Source: Octopus sinensis (lineage: Eukaryota). From it: DNA of 22,135 nucleotides. Shown piece after piece: positions 9,831-20,538 of the stretch. The notes below the pieces were generated by a model. It had not been told where the DNA came from. It did not search any database and worked only from the letters and a program-made list of their open reading frames with translations. The number at the start of each line of letters is the position of its first letter. Position 1 is the first letter of the stretch. The position numbers and the translations under genes were made by a program. Where the stretch lies: contig NW_021837004.1 of the NCBI RefSeq assembly GCF_006345805.1, positions 1 to 22,135 of the forward strand, given 5' to 3'.

Positions 9831-10510
9831 CGTAGGCATGGTTGTGTGATTAACAATCTCGCTTCGCAAACATGTGGAAGCACATGGCCCAGTGGTTAGA
9901 GCAGCGGACTCGAAGTCGAGGGATCGCGGGTTCGAATCTCAGACCGGGCGATGTGTGTGTTTATGAGCGAAACACCTAAGCTCCACGCGGCTCCGGCAGA
10001 AAGTAATGGCGAACTTCTGCTGACTCTTTCGCCACAACTTTCTCTCACTCTTTCCTCCTGCATCTTGCAGCTCACCTGCGACGGACTGGCGTCCCGTCCA
10101 GGTGTGGAACCTATACACCAAGGAAACCGGTTGACCGGCCCTTATGAGCCAGGCATGGCTCGAGAAGGAACTTTGCAAACATGCAGTTTTGGGTTCGGTC
10201 CCACTGTGTGACACGGACAATTGCCTTCTACCATAACCTCCGACATACCAATGCGTTCGTTGTAGATGGAAAGTGTATGCAAGTCCATCATGTGTGCGCA
10301 TGTGTGTTTGGGTGTCTGTGTTTGTACTTCCCCACCCCCAACACCACCGCGTGACAGCCGGTGTTTACTTTGTCGCCATCGTAGTAACCTAAAAGCTGGC
10401 GATAGAATAAGTACGAGGCTTAGAAATGTAAGTACTAGAGACAATTTATTCGATTAAACCTGTCTCGACAATGCCCCATCATGGCCGCATCTGAGTAACT
10501 GAAACTAATA
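9831..10510 (+). mobile_element. Diverged family-A SINE interrupted by a younger SINE
   Basis: Head cgtaggcatggttgtgtg at 9831-9874 resumes at 10175 (gcaaacatg...gggttcggtcccactgtgtgacac) and continues to the tail gatagaataagtac...catggccgca...gaaac. Confidence 0.75.
9876..10174 (+). mobile_element. SINE with a family-C tRNA head and an alternative 3' half, inserted into the family-A copy
   Basis: A-box tggcccagtgg (9885-9895) and B-box ggttcgaatct (9929-9939). Matches family C up to about 10054, then diverges. Flanked by gcaaacatg at 9866-9874 and 10175-10183. Confidence 0.88.
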
Positions 10511-11123
10511 AAAAATATTAAAAAATAAGAGATTAAAGATAAAAAAGCATAAAAAACTATTTCTAATCAGTGTTTGTTTTGTGTGTAACTTTAATATTGA
10601 CTGGTTATAAGTTTTCGCCATCTGCCTTAACGGACCCTCAGTTGTCATGCTATCAAAATCCATATATTTAACTTAATGAGCGAGTGGCTAACTAGTTTTG
10701 AACCTTTCTACGTAATTTCCAGGAAGACCAATAGGTGACCTTTCGAATTAGGGGTACAGTTCATTTGACGGATGTCCACATGACTACCACTGAAGCCATT
10801 TCCGTCTACAAAGTTGATGCACAACTATGCTAGAAAGACACACAAAATGTCGTATAGTGACGTTGAAATGAAGGATTGAACAGCAAACTTAGAACACAGG
10901 TATGCATGAAGGTTGTTTAAAATTTATTTGTATTGGATAATTTGATTGAATTTATGAGTGGGCGAGGCGCAAAATTGGTAACCGGGGCAAAATGAGTAAT
11001 TTCCGATTTCCCGTTATTTGAAACCTGCCTGTTAGAAACTATTACATTGCAAGTACTGCATTATTCTTTCGTATTGTTACATCATCTTTGGGAGTTAAAT
11101 TTGGTCTGCATAGTTGGAGTTGC

Positions 11124-11202
11124 GGGGCGCGTGGCTTAGTGGTTAGGGTATTGAACTCACGATTGTGAAATTGTGGTCTTAAGCAAAACACTTCATTTCA
11201 CG

Positions 11203-11245
<43 letters not shown>

Positions 11246-11465
11246 AGTGTGTGCGTGCGTGTGTGTGTGTGCATATGTTTGTATGATTTTGTTTGTCCCC
11301 CAACCGATGCTTGTGTGTTTACGTCCTCGTAACTTAACGGTTTGGGAAAAGAAGGTGATAGAATAAGTACTAGGTTTACAAAGAATAAGTCTTGGGGTCG
11401 ATTTGTTCGACGAAAGGCGGTGCTCTAACATGGCCGCAGTCAAATGACAAACAAATAAAAGAATT
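11124..11465 (+). mobile_element. Chimeric SINE-like element: distinct tRNA-like head, (TG)n tract, family-A tail
   Basis: Head ggcgcgtggcttagtggttagggtatt...cacttcatttcacgttg is unlike the family-A head. From about 11295 it matches the family-A tail (caaccgatgct...gaataagtactagg...aaggcggtgctc). Confidence 0.7.
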
Positions 11466-11538
11466 ACTCTATTATAAATTTTTTTCTTTTTTTTTGTCAA
11501 GGAGAATGTATTCACATCCACGTTAGACTGGCTGCAGT

Positions 11539-11627
11539 TCCTAGTGTCGACTTACACGACTAAAGGCGGTGCTCCAGCATGACCGCAGTCAAATGACTCA
11601 AACAAGTAAAAGAATAAAAAAAAGAAT
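11539..11627 (+). mobile_element. Isolated family-A 3' tail fragment
   Basis: gtcgacttacacgactaaaggcggtgctccagcatgaccgcagtcaaatgactcaaacaagtaaaagaata. Confidence 0.8.
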
Positions 11628-12058
11628 ATCAGGAAGTCATCCAACCCGAACAGATCGTGTAGAAAGCTATAGAGGATATTTCATGGCAAGTTTTCATATT
11701 TAGCCCATGTGTCATTTTCCGATGATTCTCTTTCATTTGACCAAGATTTTAAATTTTTGTTGCTTTGCTGATCATTCTGATGACTAAGGATGGATATTGA
11801 TGCGTATGAGTCTTTTTTCAAATGTAATTCTCGATAACGAAAGAAGCAAATTACCTTATCTTATAAATGAAAGCTCAAGTTTTCAGTTTCTCCAGTATCA
11901 CTAATTTCTACAATTCGATATTAAACACACACCATTATAAAACATTGCGATCACGCTTTTGTCGTCGACAATGAAATAATAGCATCAGATTTAGCGTGAA
12001 AAATTTCACTTGATTTTTAAATTTCAAAAAGCGAAAGACAAATAGAGAAGGTCCGTGC

Positions 12059-12137
12059 CTTCTACTGTAGCTTCAGGCCGACAAACTCTGTGTAACTGAA
12101 TTTGAGAAACGAAAACTGTGTGGAAAACACGTCGTGC
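12059..12137 (+). mobile_element. Highly decayed family-A SINE fragment (5' half)
   Basis: ttctactgtagcttcaggccgacaaa...gaatttgagaaacgaaaactg...cgtcgt resembles the family-A segment ttctactatagcctcgg..cgaccaaa...ggatttggtagacggaaactg...cgtcgt. Confidence 0.55.
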
Positions 12138-12627
12138 GCACACATTTAAAAAAAAAATTCACGTTTTCTCCACGATAACTGCAGTGAATCTGTCCTTAGA
12201 AGTTGAAATATGTCAAGTATTTTAACCAACCTAAAGTTCGCAGCTATAAGATCATGATTCAATTGTATTAGGCACTTAAATGGTAAGGCACTGGGTCGGA
12301 TCGAAAATTAAGGGTACACAACAAAAATAGACGAATCCAAACGCGGGTACCGAAGTACAAGAAGAAAGATGAAGGTGCACTTGCTGTTGGCTTTTGAATG
12401 ATCATACATTCACTTGATGAAAGGGTTTTTTTCCTAATAATGTAAAGCTTCCATCAATCAAAAATTCGTTGGAAATATCTAGCAAATTGATACATTATCC
12501 ACCTGTTATATATGTGTGCGTCCGGGGGCCGCTCTTTACTGCTTGACAATCAGTCTTGGTTTATTCGCTTAGCAGTTTTGGCAAAAGTAATCCCTAGAAT
12601 CATCACCTGACTTTAAAAAAAAATAAT

Positions 12628-12819
12628 AGGCGCAGGAGTGGCTGTGTGGTATGTAGCTTGCTTACCAACCACATGGTTTCAGGTTCAGTCCCACTGTGTG
12701 ACACCTTGAGCAAGTGTTTTCTACTATAGCCTCGGATCGACCAAAGCCTTGTGAGTGGATTTGGTAGACGGAAACTGAAAGAAGCCCGTCGTATATATGT
12801 ACATGTATATATATATATA

Positions 12820-12853
<34 letters not shown>

Positions 12854-13080
12854 TTGTGTGTCTGTTTGCCCCCCCCCACCATTGCTTGACAACCGATGCT
12901 GGTATGTTTACGTCCCAGTATCTTAGCGGTTCGGCAAAAGTGACCGGTAGAATAAGTACTAGGCTTACAAAGAATAAGTCCTGGGGCTCGATTTGCTCGA
13001 TTTAAGGCGGTGTTCCAGCATGGCCGCAGTCAAATGAGTGAAACAAGTAAAAGAGTAAAAGAGAGAGAGAGAGTAAAGAG
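12628..13080 (+). mobile_element. Full-length family-A SINE (best-preserved copy)
   Basis: aggcgcaggagtggctgtgtggt head, internal (TA)n(TG)n, tail ending in agtaaaagag repeats. Confidence 0.93.
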
Positions 13081-13089
13081 AGCACCGGC

Positions 13090-13168
13090 GCGGGATCGAT
13101 ATGTTCGGTTAAATTTTCCAAGGCGGTGCTCCAGCATGGCTACAGTCCAACTACTGAAACAAGTAACA
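13090..13168 (+). mobile_element. Isolated family-A-type 3' tail fragment (variant)
   Basis: gggatcgatatgttcggttaaattttccaaggcggtgctccagcatggc...gaaacaagtaa. Confidence 0.75.
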
Positions 13169-14318
13169 AAGGAACATTTGGGATTGTAATGTTTACAAAT
13201 CAAATGTTGCAACTGGTGATGCGAGCAAAATTATGGAATTAAAGCAGCTTATAGAAAGACGCTGTACTTGATTAAGTCTGTATTCCTTAGTTTTTTCTTC
13301 GAAGAAGAATGTTCCAAATCTTTTTATATAAAAATACATTCCGTGAATTTCTAAGTTATTTTCTCTCTGTAAAGAGAGAGCGATGGCAAGTAGTTTTGGA
13401 ACTTTGGTGTCATTTGCTGAAATCCCCCCCGCCTTATAACGTGAGGGATAATTACAATCATAATACAATTGGGATAATGAAAGATTATTAAATTTTTAGT
13501 GTGTGTCCCTATAGAGTTTTTAAAATTTTTTTTATCATGCCTCTCTTTCTTTGCTTCTGCAATTCTATTCGTTCAATTCTAGCCATCTTTTTTCTGTGAT
13601 CAAAATATGTGAACTATTTGTCAGTAGTTTTCTCATTGGTTCCTTTAGAATATAGTATTGCATAATATTGCTGCGAAATGCAGCCTGCTGGCACCAACAC
13701 ATCCGAAGTCAGCAGCTAGGAAACTGCAGACCAACCCGACAAGCTAATTTGTAACTGGCAGGAGGTCTTGCGTAATGTGGGTCTTCCTCGCCCGATTCAC
13801 TTCGACTGGTCACGACGCACCTTTTCTTCTTCGTTGCGAAAGAGAGATAAACATATAAGTGGGGACAAAAAAAAAAGTGAACGAATGGAAAATATGAATA
13901 ATGAAATAGAATGGAGGTCCCTCCACCCCACATCTGAGCAACTTCATATAGACCCTTTTAAATAATTCATATTTAGAAATCACTAAAGTCCACCTTTCGT
14001 GGCAAATTACTTCACAGTTTCCATTTTTAGGTCCAAAAATTCTGTCCGATTTCACACTAACTGTTCACCTCCAGCAGTCAGCTGATTTTTTTATTTCCCA
14101 CCAGGGGGACAACATAGATTTGGACAGTACAATCTGATTAGAGGGTCAGATTAACGAATGAAGTTAAACAAAGATGAATTAATATTTTTTGTTAAACAAA
14201 TATAAAACGAATGATAACAGACCGGAAGACATTATGGATGGAGTGAGGAGGTGGGTTCAACTCCAAACCCACGAGCCCCGCCTCACCACTGATGCCCGAG
14301 ACTCGCCCTGCGTCGCAT

Positions 14319-14600
14319 TCATGAGGTACCATTCATACGCAACATTCGTGCAACATTCTACCATCGATTATCAAACATTTTAGCCGTCGGGCATTTTCTC
14401 TCTTGCCCTATTTTCCTTTTCAGGAAATAATTCACCAATTCAGAGTCACAGATGAAGATGCCTGGCTTTAACCCTTTTTGCATCGTCTTCCAAATTACCT
14501 CTCTCGCAATTGCTACTACAATGAGAATACAACTCTTACCTTCTTTGAAAGGAAATCAAGCGGGTCAATTCCTCTCAACACATGGCTATAATGCTGCCCC
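14319..14600 (-). pseudogene. Decayed C-terminus of an L1/Tx1-like LINE ORF2
   Basis: Manual translation FKEGKSCILIVVAIAREVIWKTMQKGLKPGIFICDSELVNYFLKRKIGQERKCPTAKMFDNRW*NVARMLRMNGTS* resembles the AKxxIWxxR...F...RW end of L1/Tx1 ORF2 proteins (recalled similarity; one internal stop). Confidence 0.55.
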
Positions 14601-14619
14601 ACTAGTCCAGTTTTGTTAG

Positions 14620-14850
14620 CTCCTTTTGCATTAGCAGCATACTGTAGCAGGTCTTGTTCCTGTTTACCAAATATTTTGCCATACTTGTTCGTTCTGTGTT
14701 GATGCACTCCCGTACGCTAATCAGCCCACGTCCACTTTTACCTCTCTTCATGTAGAGCCTGTTGCTATCGCAAAAAATATTCTTCATTGATACTTCACTT
14801 AGATTTTTTCCCTGTCTACATACTTTTCCACACCCAGTTCCACAGATCCG
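14620..14850 (-). pseudogene. Decayed fragment of an R4/Dong-like (REL-type) non-LTR retrotransposon, post-RT region
   Basis: ORF 14602-14928 contains SNRLYMKRGKSGRGLISVRECINTERTSMAKYL, matching the recalled DRLYxxRxxGGRGLxxVxxC...L..Y motif. It continues after a frameshift as QEQDLLQYAAN. Confidence 0.7.
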
Positions 14851-14908
14851 ATGCTTCGTACAAACGTAACAAAAGAAAGCAAATAATAGCAACGACATAA
14901 TAATAAAA

Positions 14909-15101
14909 AATGGTTTCAAATTTGGCACAAGACCAGAACTTTAATAGAGCGGGGTGGGGAGTCGATTACATTTATCAAACCCGAAAGGGTGAAAGGCAAA
15001 GTCGACTTCGACGGAATTTGAATTCAGAACGTAAAGACAAAACAATATGCCGCTAAATATTTCACCCGGCGTGCTAACGATTCTACTAGCTCGCTGCCTT
15101 A
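14909..15101 (-). mobile_element. Family-B SINE (diverged)
   Basis: gtcgattacat...gaaaggcaaagtcgac...ggaatttgaattcagaacg...cccggcgtgctaacgattct...agctcgctgcctta. Confidence 0.88.
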
Positions 15102-15110
15102 CTAAATAAT

Positions 15111-15326
15111 GATTTCAAACTTCGTCACAAGGCCAGCAATTTTGGATGAGGGTTAAGTCGATTACATTGAGTCCTAGTACTCAACTGGTGCTTATTTCAA
15201 CTGATTCCGAAAGGAGGAAAAGCATAGTTGTACTCGGCAGAATTTGAACTCAGAACGTGACGACAGGCGAAGCACCGCAGAGCATTTAGCCCAACTTGCT
15301 AACGACTCTGCCAGTTCGCCACCTTA
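15111..15326 (-). mobile_element. Family-B SINE (diverged), tandem to the previous copy
   Basis: Same motifs. ccttactaaataat occurs at both 15097-15110 and 15322-15335; part of this is the shared SINE head and the rest is a possible TSD. Confidence 0.85.
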
Positions 15327-15329
15327 CTA

Positions 15330-15361
<32 letters not shown>

Positions 15362-15440
15362 CAACAACAACAACAACGACGACGACGACGACAACAACAA
15401 CAACAACAATAATAATGATGATAATAATAATAATAATAAT
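15330..15440. repeat. In-phase compound trinucleotide microsatellite (AAT)/(AAC)/(GAC)/(GAT)
   Basis: Direct inspection; explains the poly-Leu ORF 15299-15556. Confidence 0.95.
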
Positions 15441-15912
15441 AAAAGATGGGCTACAGCAAATATTCTGCTCAATACCACAGATTTGCTTGTCAGTTGTTTG
15501 ACTTTAACCAGTTGAGCATGTCCCTTAGTGGCTGGCGATATGTGCACTCTGATCACGAGCAGAAGTAGTGGGGAGCATCATAGCCATGTGTTGAGAGGGA
15601 TTCTTTGGGGTTTGAATAATTCACCTCTGGAAACATGGGTGTTCTTTCAACATCCTTAAACAACCTTATTCAGGGACCCTTTGAGCGGGATGGGCTACTC
15701 AACCTGAAGAAAATTCTAACTGGGCCCACCTGCAAGGTCATGTGCTGTTTATCTTGATATGAGATCACCATGTCGCGCACATATGGTTGTGATGAGCATG
15801 TGCCTGGTGTACCCTTATCAGACGGGTAGTCATGATGGGTATATTGGGCTTCGTATATTTTACCCCAGTGTCACTTTGATGGCATGAACTGCTCTCTCAC
15901 TCAATGATGATG

Positions 15913-15966
<54 letters not shown>

Positions 15967-15981
15967 TAATAATAATAATAA
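15441..15981 (+). mobile_element. Probable 3' end of a non-LTR retroelement with an (AAT)n tail
   Basis: Complex segment ending ...ctgctctctcactcaat followed by a long (AAT)n tail at 15913-15981. I recall this as a recurrent octopus repeat, but there is no second copy in the window. Confidence 0.45.
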
Positions 15982-16131
15982 TCATCCTTTCTACTGGAAG
16001 CACAAGGCTTCAAATTTGGGAGAAAACATTAAGTCGATTATATCGACTCCAGTGCGTAACTGGTACGTATTTTATTCGACCCCAAAAAGATGAAAGGCAA
16101 AGTCGACCCCGGCGGAATTTGAAGTCAGAAT
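15982..16131 (-). mobile_element. 5'-truncated family-B SINE
   Basis: aagtcgattatatcgactccagtgcgtaactggtac...gatgaaaggcaaagtcgaccccggcggaatttgaagtcagaa. Confidence 0.88.
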
Positions 16132-16861
16132 GAAACAATAACAGTAATAATAATAATAATGATGATGATGCAAATTGTAAAGGCTTTGATAAATACATGT
16201 TTTATGTTGATATTCCCAAATGCTAAATATCACAACATATTTAACATGCCTGTAAATATAGAAGAAATATCATAGCTTCAGTTTTTATCCGTCTGTAACC
16301 GCCGTTTCCGTCATATGCCATGCACATGCACCTGTGCAGTACATCGGACGCACTCGAGAGAGAGGAACGAATTAATTATCTCGCCTGGAATCCGCACGCT
16401 CGAGCAGGCCTTTCTCTTCACGATTGCCACTTGAAAATAAGCAGCCATACACAGTGGATCCGTCCAGCAGCGAGATCAAGTGGAAAGTAACAAACTATCT
16501 CTCTTGTTCTTGGGGCTAAACGGCTATGAATTTACCACCTACGTGTGCGTGAAAATTACTTTCTTTGTGTTTGCACAGAGGAGGAAATGACCACGAAACT
16601 GGAGCCTTTGCCATCGGTTGTGAAGCATCCACTTTAACCCCGTGTGTGTGTCGCAGCGGTTGTACTTATATCTATGTGTGCACAGTTAAAAAAATATAAA
16701 AATAAAAATAAATAAATAAATGAAAGAGGAGAGCGAAATAGAGAGGCAGAAAGTTAAATGTATAGGGTGCAAAAGGTAGCAGACGTTAATTGTCTTCAAC
16801 TGGTCCCACACTGTGATGGAATAAATCAAATTTATTAAAAGGATAATCAACGTTTACAATT

Positions 16862-16898
16862 ATACATGTACATGTGTACACACAAACACACACACACA

Positions 16899-16952
<54 letters not shown>

Positions 16953-17203
16953 TATATATATGTGGTGTATGTATGTATGCATGTATGTATGTATGTAGGT
17001 AGGTAGGTATGTATGCATGCTATATGTATGTATGTATGTATGTTTTTATGTATGTATGTATGTTTGTATGTATGCATGTATGTATGCATGTATGTATGTA
17101 TGTATGTATGTATATATATGTATGTGTATATGTATGTATGTTTGTATGTATGTATGTATTTATGTATGTATGTATGTATGCATGCATGTGTATGCATGTA
17201 TGG

Positions 17204-17250
<47 letters not shown>
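16862..17250. repeat. Large compound microsatellite (CA)n/(TA)n/(TATG)n
   Basis: Direct inspection. Confidence 0.95.
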
Positions 17251-17252
<2 letters not shown>

Positions 17253-17602
17253 CAAATTACGTTGTAATTCATAAACTTTGATAAGGTTATCGTTACCAAT
17301 AGTTTCTCTCGCCCATTTCAGCTTCAATTCCTGACACCCTCCGTCTTCTGTACATTTTCTAAATCCAAACTGATTGTATTAGGTTAAAAAAAAAATTTTT
17401 CGATTAATTAACCAAACTGACATTATTTATTATAGACGTGATAATTGGGATTATTTGGCGTTTTGTTGGATTTATCAATCTATAATTTAGGATTTTTAGT
17501 GAAATTATCTATATGGACTTTCGGGGCCGCAAAACGTTTCCTTGGGATGGGTCCGTTTACTTTTATCTTCGATGTTAAATTTTTTGGCTAAGTTATTTCA
17601 TC

Positions 17603-17860
17603 TTTTACGTTTTATTTGTTTGTCATTAGTCTACGGTCATGCTGGGGCACCACCTTGAGGAATTTTAGTCGAATCAGTTGACCCTCCCCCCAGTACTTAT
17701 TTACTTTTTAAGCCTAGCACTTACCTATCGTTCTTTTTTGACGAACCGCTAATTTACGGGGATGTAGACACACCAATGCTGGTTGTCAAGCGTGATTGGG
17801 GGACAAAGAGAGACATACATGAACACACACATACACATGTGTGTATATATGTATGTATAT

Positions 17861-17901
<41 letters not shown>

Positions 17902-18098
17902 TGTGTGTGTTTGTATGTGTGTGTAGTATGTATACGACAGGCGTCTTTCAGTTTCCGTGTACCAAATCCATTCACAAGGCTTTATTCAGACCGAGGTTAC
18001 TGTAGAAGACATTTGCCCAAATTGCCACGCACAGGGACTGAAACCAGAACCATGTGGTTTGGAAGTAAACTTCTTAACAGACAGCCACGCCAGCGCCT
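17603..18098 (-). mobile_element. Full-length diverged family-A SINE with an internal microsatellite
   Basis: Reverse complement of the family-A tail (ggtcatgctggggcaccacctt...), (TG)n core, and head (tttcagtttccgtgtaccaaatcc...gaaccatgtggtttggaagt...acagccacgccagcgcct). Confidence 0.88.
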
Positions 18099-18384
18099 AA
18101 AATGTTGATGTTTGCTTTTTGTTTTTTATTTCTTTTGCCCCACCGTTGATTAAATCATAAGCTTTAGCGCATATTTTATTTTATTTTATTTTTTTGTTGT
18201 TGCTTTCTGTTATAATATTAATTAGTAATTTGCTATGTATGCGGATATCCACCTCATAAGCAGTTTCTGTTTAATCTGCTTTATAAATGTATTTGGCGAG
18301 TTCTTAATAGGGTTGAGAAATTCGTTTAATTCATTCTGGAAGCTATTAGAAATAAAGTTTAGTTTTTTTTTTTTCACTGACATA

Positions 18385-18705
18385 CTTATATGGTAAGAAG
18401 CTCGTTTCCCACCCACATGGTCCCGGGTTCAGTCCCACTGCCTTGGGCACGTATCTTTTACTATAGCCGAACAAAGCTTTGGTACACGGAAACTAAAAGA
18501 AGCTCGTCGTATATGTATATCTATCTACCCATGTATGTGTGTCTTTCTGACTGAGTTTGTACCCCACTACCGCTGACAGCTGGTGTTGGTTAGCTTACAT
18601 CTCTGTAACTTGGCAGTTCGGCCAAAGAGATCGACAGAATAAGTACAAGGCGGTGACACAGCATGACCGCAGTTCAATGACTGAAACAAGCAAAAGTGTC
18701 AAAGA
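18385..18705 (+). mobile_element. Family-A SINE with internal deletions
   Basis: tggtaagaagct...cacatggtcccgggttcagtcccactg...cggaaactaaaagaagctcgtcgtat...agaataagtacaaggcggtg...gactgaaacaagc. Confidence 0.82.
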
Positions 18706-18867
18706 TTAAATATCAACTTAAATGATTGTTGAAAAATTTAATCTTTTGTCACGTGCATAAAAGAATATTTGAGATCACGCAGAATTTTGGTAAAGGTAAA
18801 AAAGGGTTACATTGTCAAACGTAATAAAGACGCTAAACTATAACGAGTCAAAGCTGTTGGCTATATA

Positions 18868-19174
18868 CCGTGATCACCATGACCGACCAGGCTATCAGAT
18901 GTTGCTACACATCGCTGGTCACAATGCGCTTCACATTGTTTTAGCCTTCAAATGACGCCACCCCGCTGGGTAAGGGAGCAGACCAACAGAAGAAAGAGTG
19001 AGAGAAAGTTATGGCGAAAGAGTACAGCAGGGATCACCACCAGCCCCTACAGGAGCCTCGTGGAGCTTTAGGTGTTTTCACTCAATAAACACTCACAACG
19101 CCCGCTCTGGGAATCGAAACCGCGATCCTACAACCGCGAGTCCGCTGCCCTAACCACTGGGCCATTGCTCCTCC
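18868..19174 (-). mobile_element. Full-length family-C SINE with a perfect 12-bp TSD
   Basis: gttggctatata at 18856-18867 and 19175-19186. Body highly similar to 8111-8410. Confidence 0.94.
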
Positions 19175-19674
19175 GTTGGCTATATAAACACCACAAAAAC
19201 AAGTACAGTTCTTCTGAAGTCTCAAAAATTTACTGACACAATAGTATCGCAAATAATTATGCTTCAATAATTGCGGCGCTCGTTCAGTCATTATTTTAAA
19301 TTTCACAACACCATATATTCGGGAAGAAAGTATTTGGTAGAATTGAACTCGGTATTACATTTGCCGGTATCGAATTTGCTGATTCTGAAGAGAAGAAGGT
19401 TGACACAAGAATATGACATACAACGGAAGTAAAAGTTTGCAAAAATCATTTAACCAGACATAACATTTACCAATTCTTTAATCAACGTCCACAAATGCTG
19501 CTAGCTAATGTTAACAATGATGAGAAAGAAATGCAAATGTGGACAAAAAAAATGTGATTAAAGGGAAAGGCCCTTTACAAATGAATACAAATGTGTAACA
19601 AAGAGAAACTGTAAATGGATGAGCAAATAAACGTTGAAACAGGGAAATCGGATTGGAAAGAGAATACGAAATGT

Positions 19675-19743
19675 ATGCACACACACACATACACACACAC
19701 GAAACTACCTCCGCGCACACACGCACACACACATATGTATTTG

Positions 19744-19778
<35 letters not shown>

Positions 19779-19940
19779 GGAGAGAGAGACAGACAGAGAC
19801 AGAGACAGACAGATAGACAGCAAGGGAGAGAAGGAGACAGAGAGAGACACACACACAAATATTTAGGGTTATAGATTAGTTATATATAAATAAAAAAGCT
19901 ATATATGTACATATATATATATATATATATATATACATAC
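19675..19940. repeat. Compound microsatellite (CA)n/(TA)n/(GA)n/(GAGACA)n
   Basis: Direct inspection. Confidence 0.93.
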
Positions 19941-20232
19941 ATATCGGCAGATTCAATATCGACAAAACCAAAAGTCCGAGACTGAACCGGAAGTGATACT
20001 ACCACTGCCAGAAAGATAACAACTTCTTCTTTAAGAGCACGTGTGTTTGAAAAGGTTTAACGAGGTGCTCACATACTAGAAAAGAACTTCTCGTAAAAGG
20101 TTTCATAACATGTTTTTAAAAAAATAATTTTTAAAAAATCACTTTACACTTCAGAAACTGTATTAAGAAATCTTCATAAACTTTCAAATATATATATATA
20201 TATAACAGAGATGCAGCACGAAGTTTTGTCAG

Positions 20233-20500
20233 TGAAAAGGTCGCGGTCTGAAAGCGACGAAAATATTTTGACAAATTAAATTTAAATGTTGAAGTTAATC
20301 TTTTGTGTGTTTCTTAAATGGCTTATAAGCACCTTCCACGCTGCACTTGTTTTCGTTCCAGCACACGATCTCAGATAAAATCATTCGCTATGCAAGTACA
20401 TCTATACTATAATATATATATATATAATATATATATATACATGTGTGTGTGTGTGGTGTGTGTGTGTGTGTGTGTGTGTGTGTTGTGTGTGTGTGTAAAA

Positions 20501-20538
<38 letters not shown>

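Noticed and set aside
9876-9950. tRNA gene (also at the 5' ends of other SINE copies)
   Set aside because: A and B boxes are present but there is no proper acceptor stem, and the sequence continues into a SINE body with a TSD.
13810-14055. MKLLRCGVEG..FYFII resembling a LINE RT segment
   Set aside because: The preceding KAFD motif is absent and the similarity is too short to support.
16460-16640. Homeobox-like IKWKRRK (if spliced) or cadherin-like GGNDHETGAFAI peptides
   Set aside because: No upstream WFQNRR or cadherin motifs, the frames are short and bounded by stops, and the matches are likely chance.
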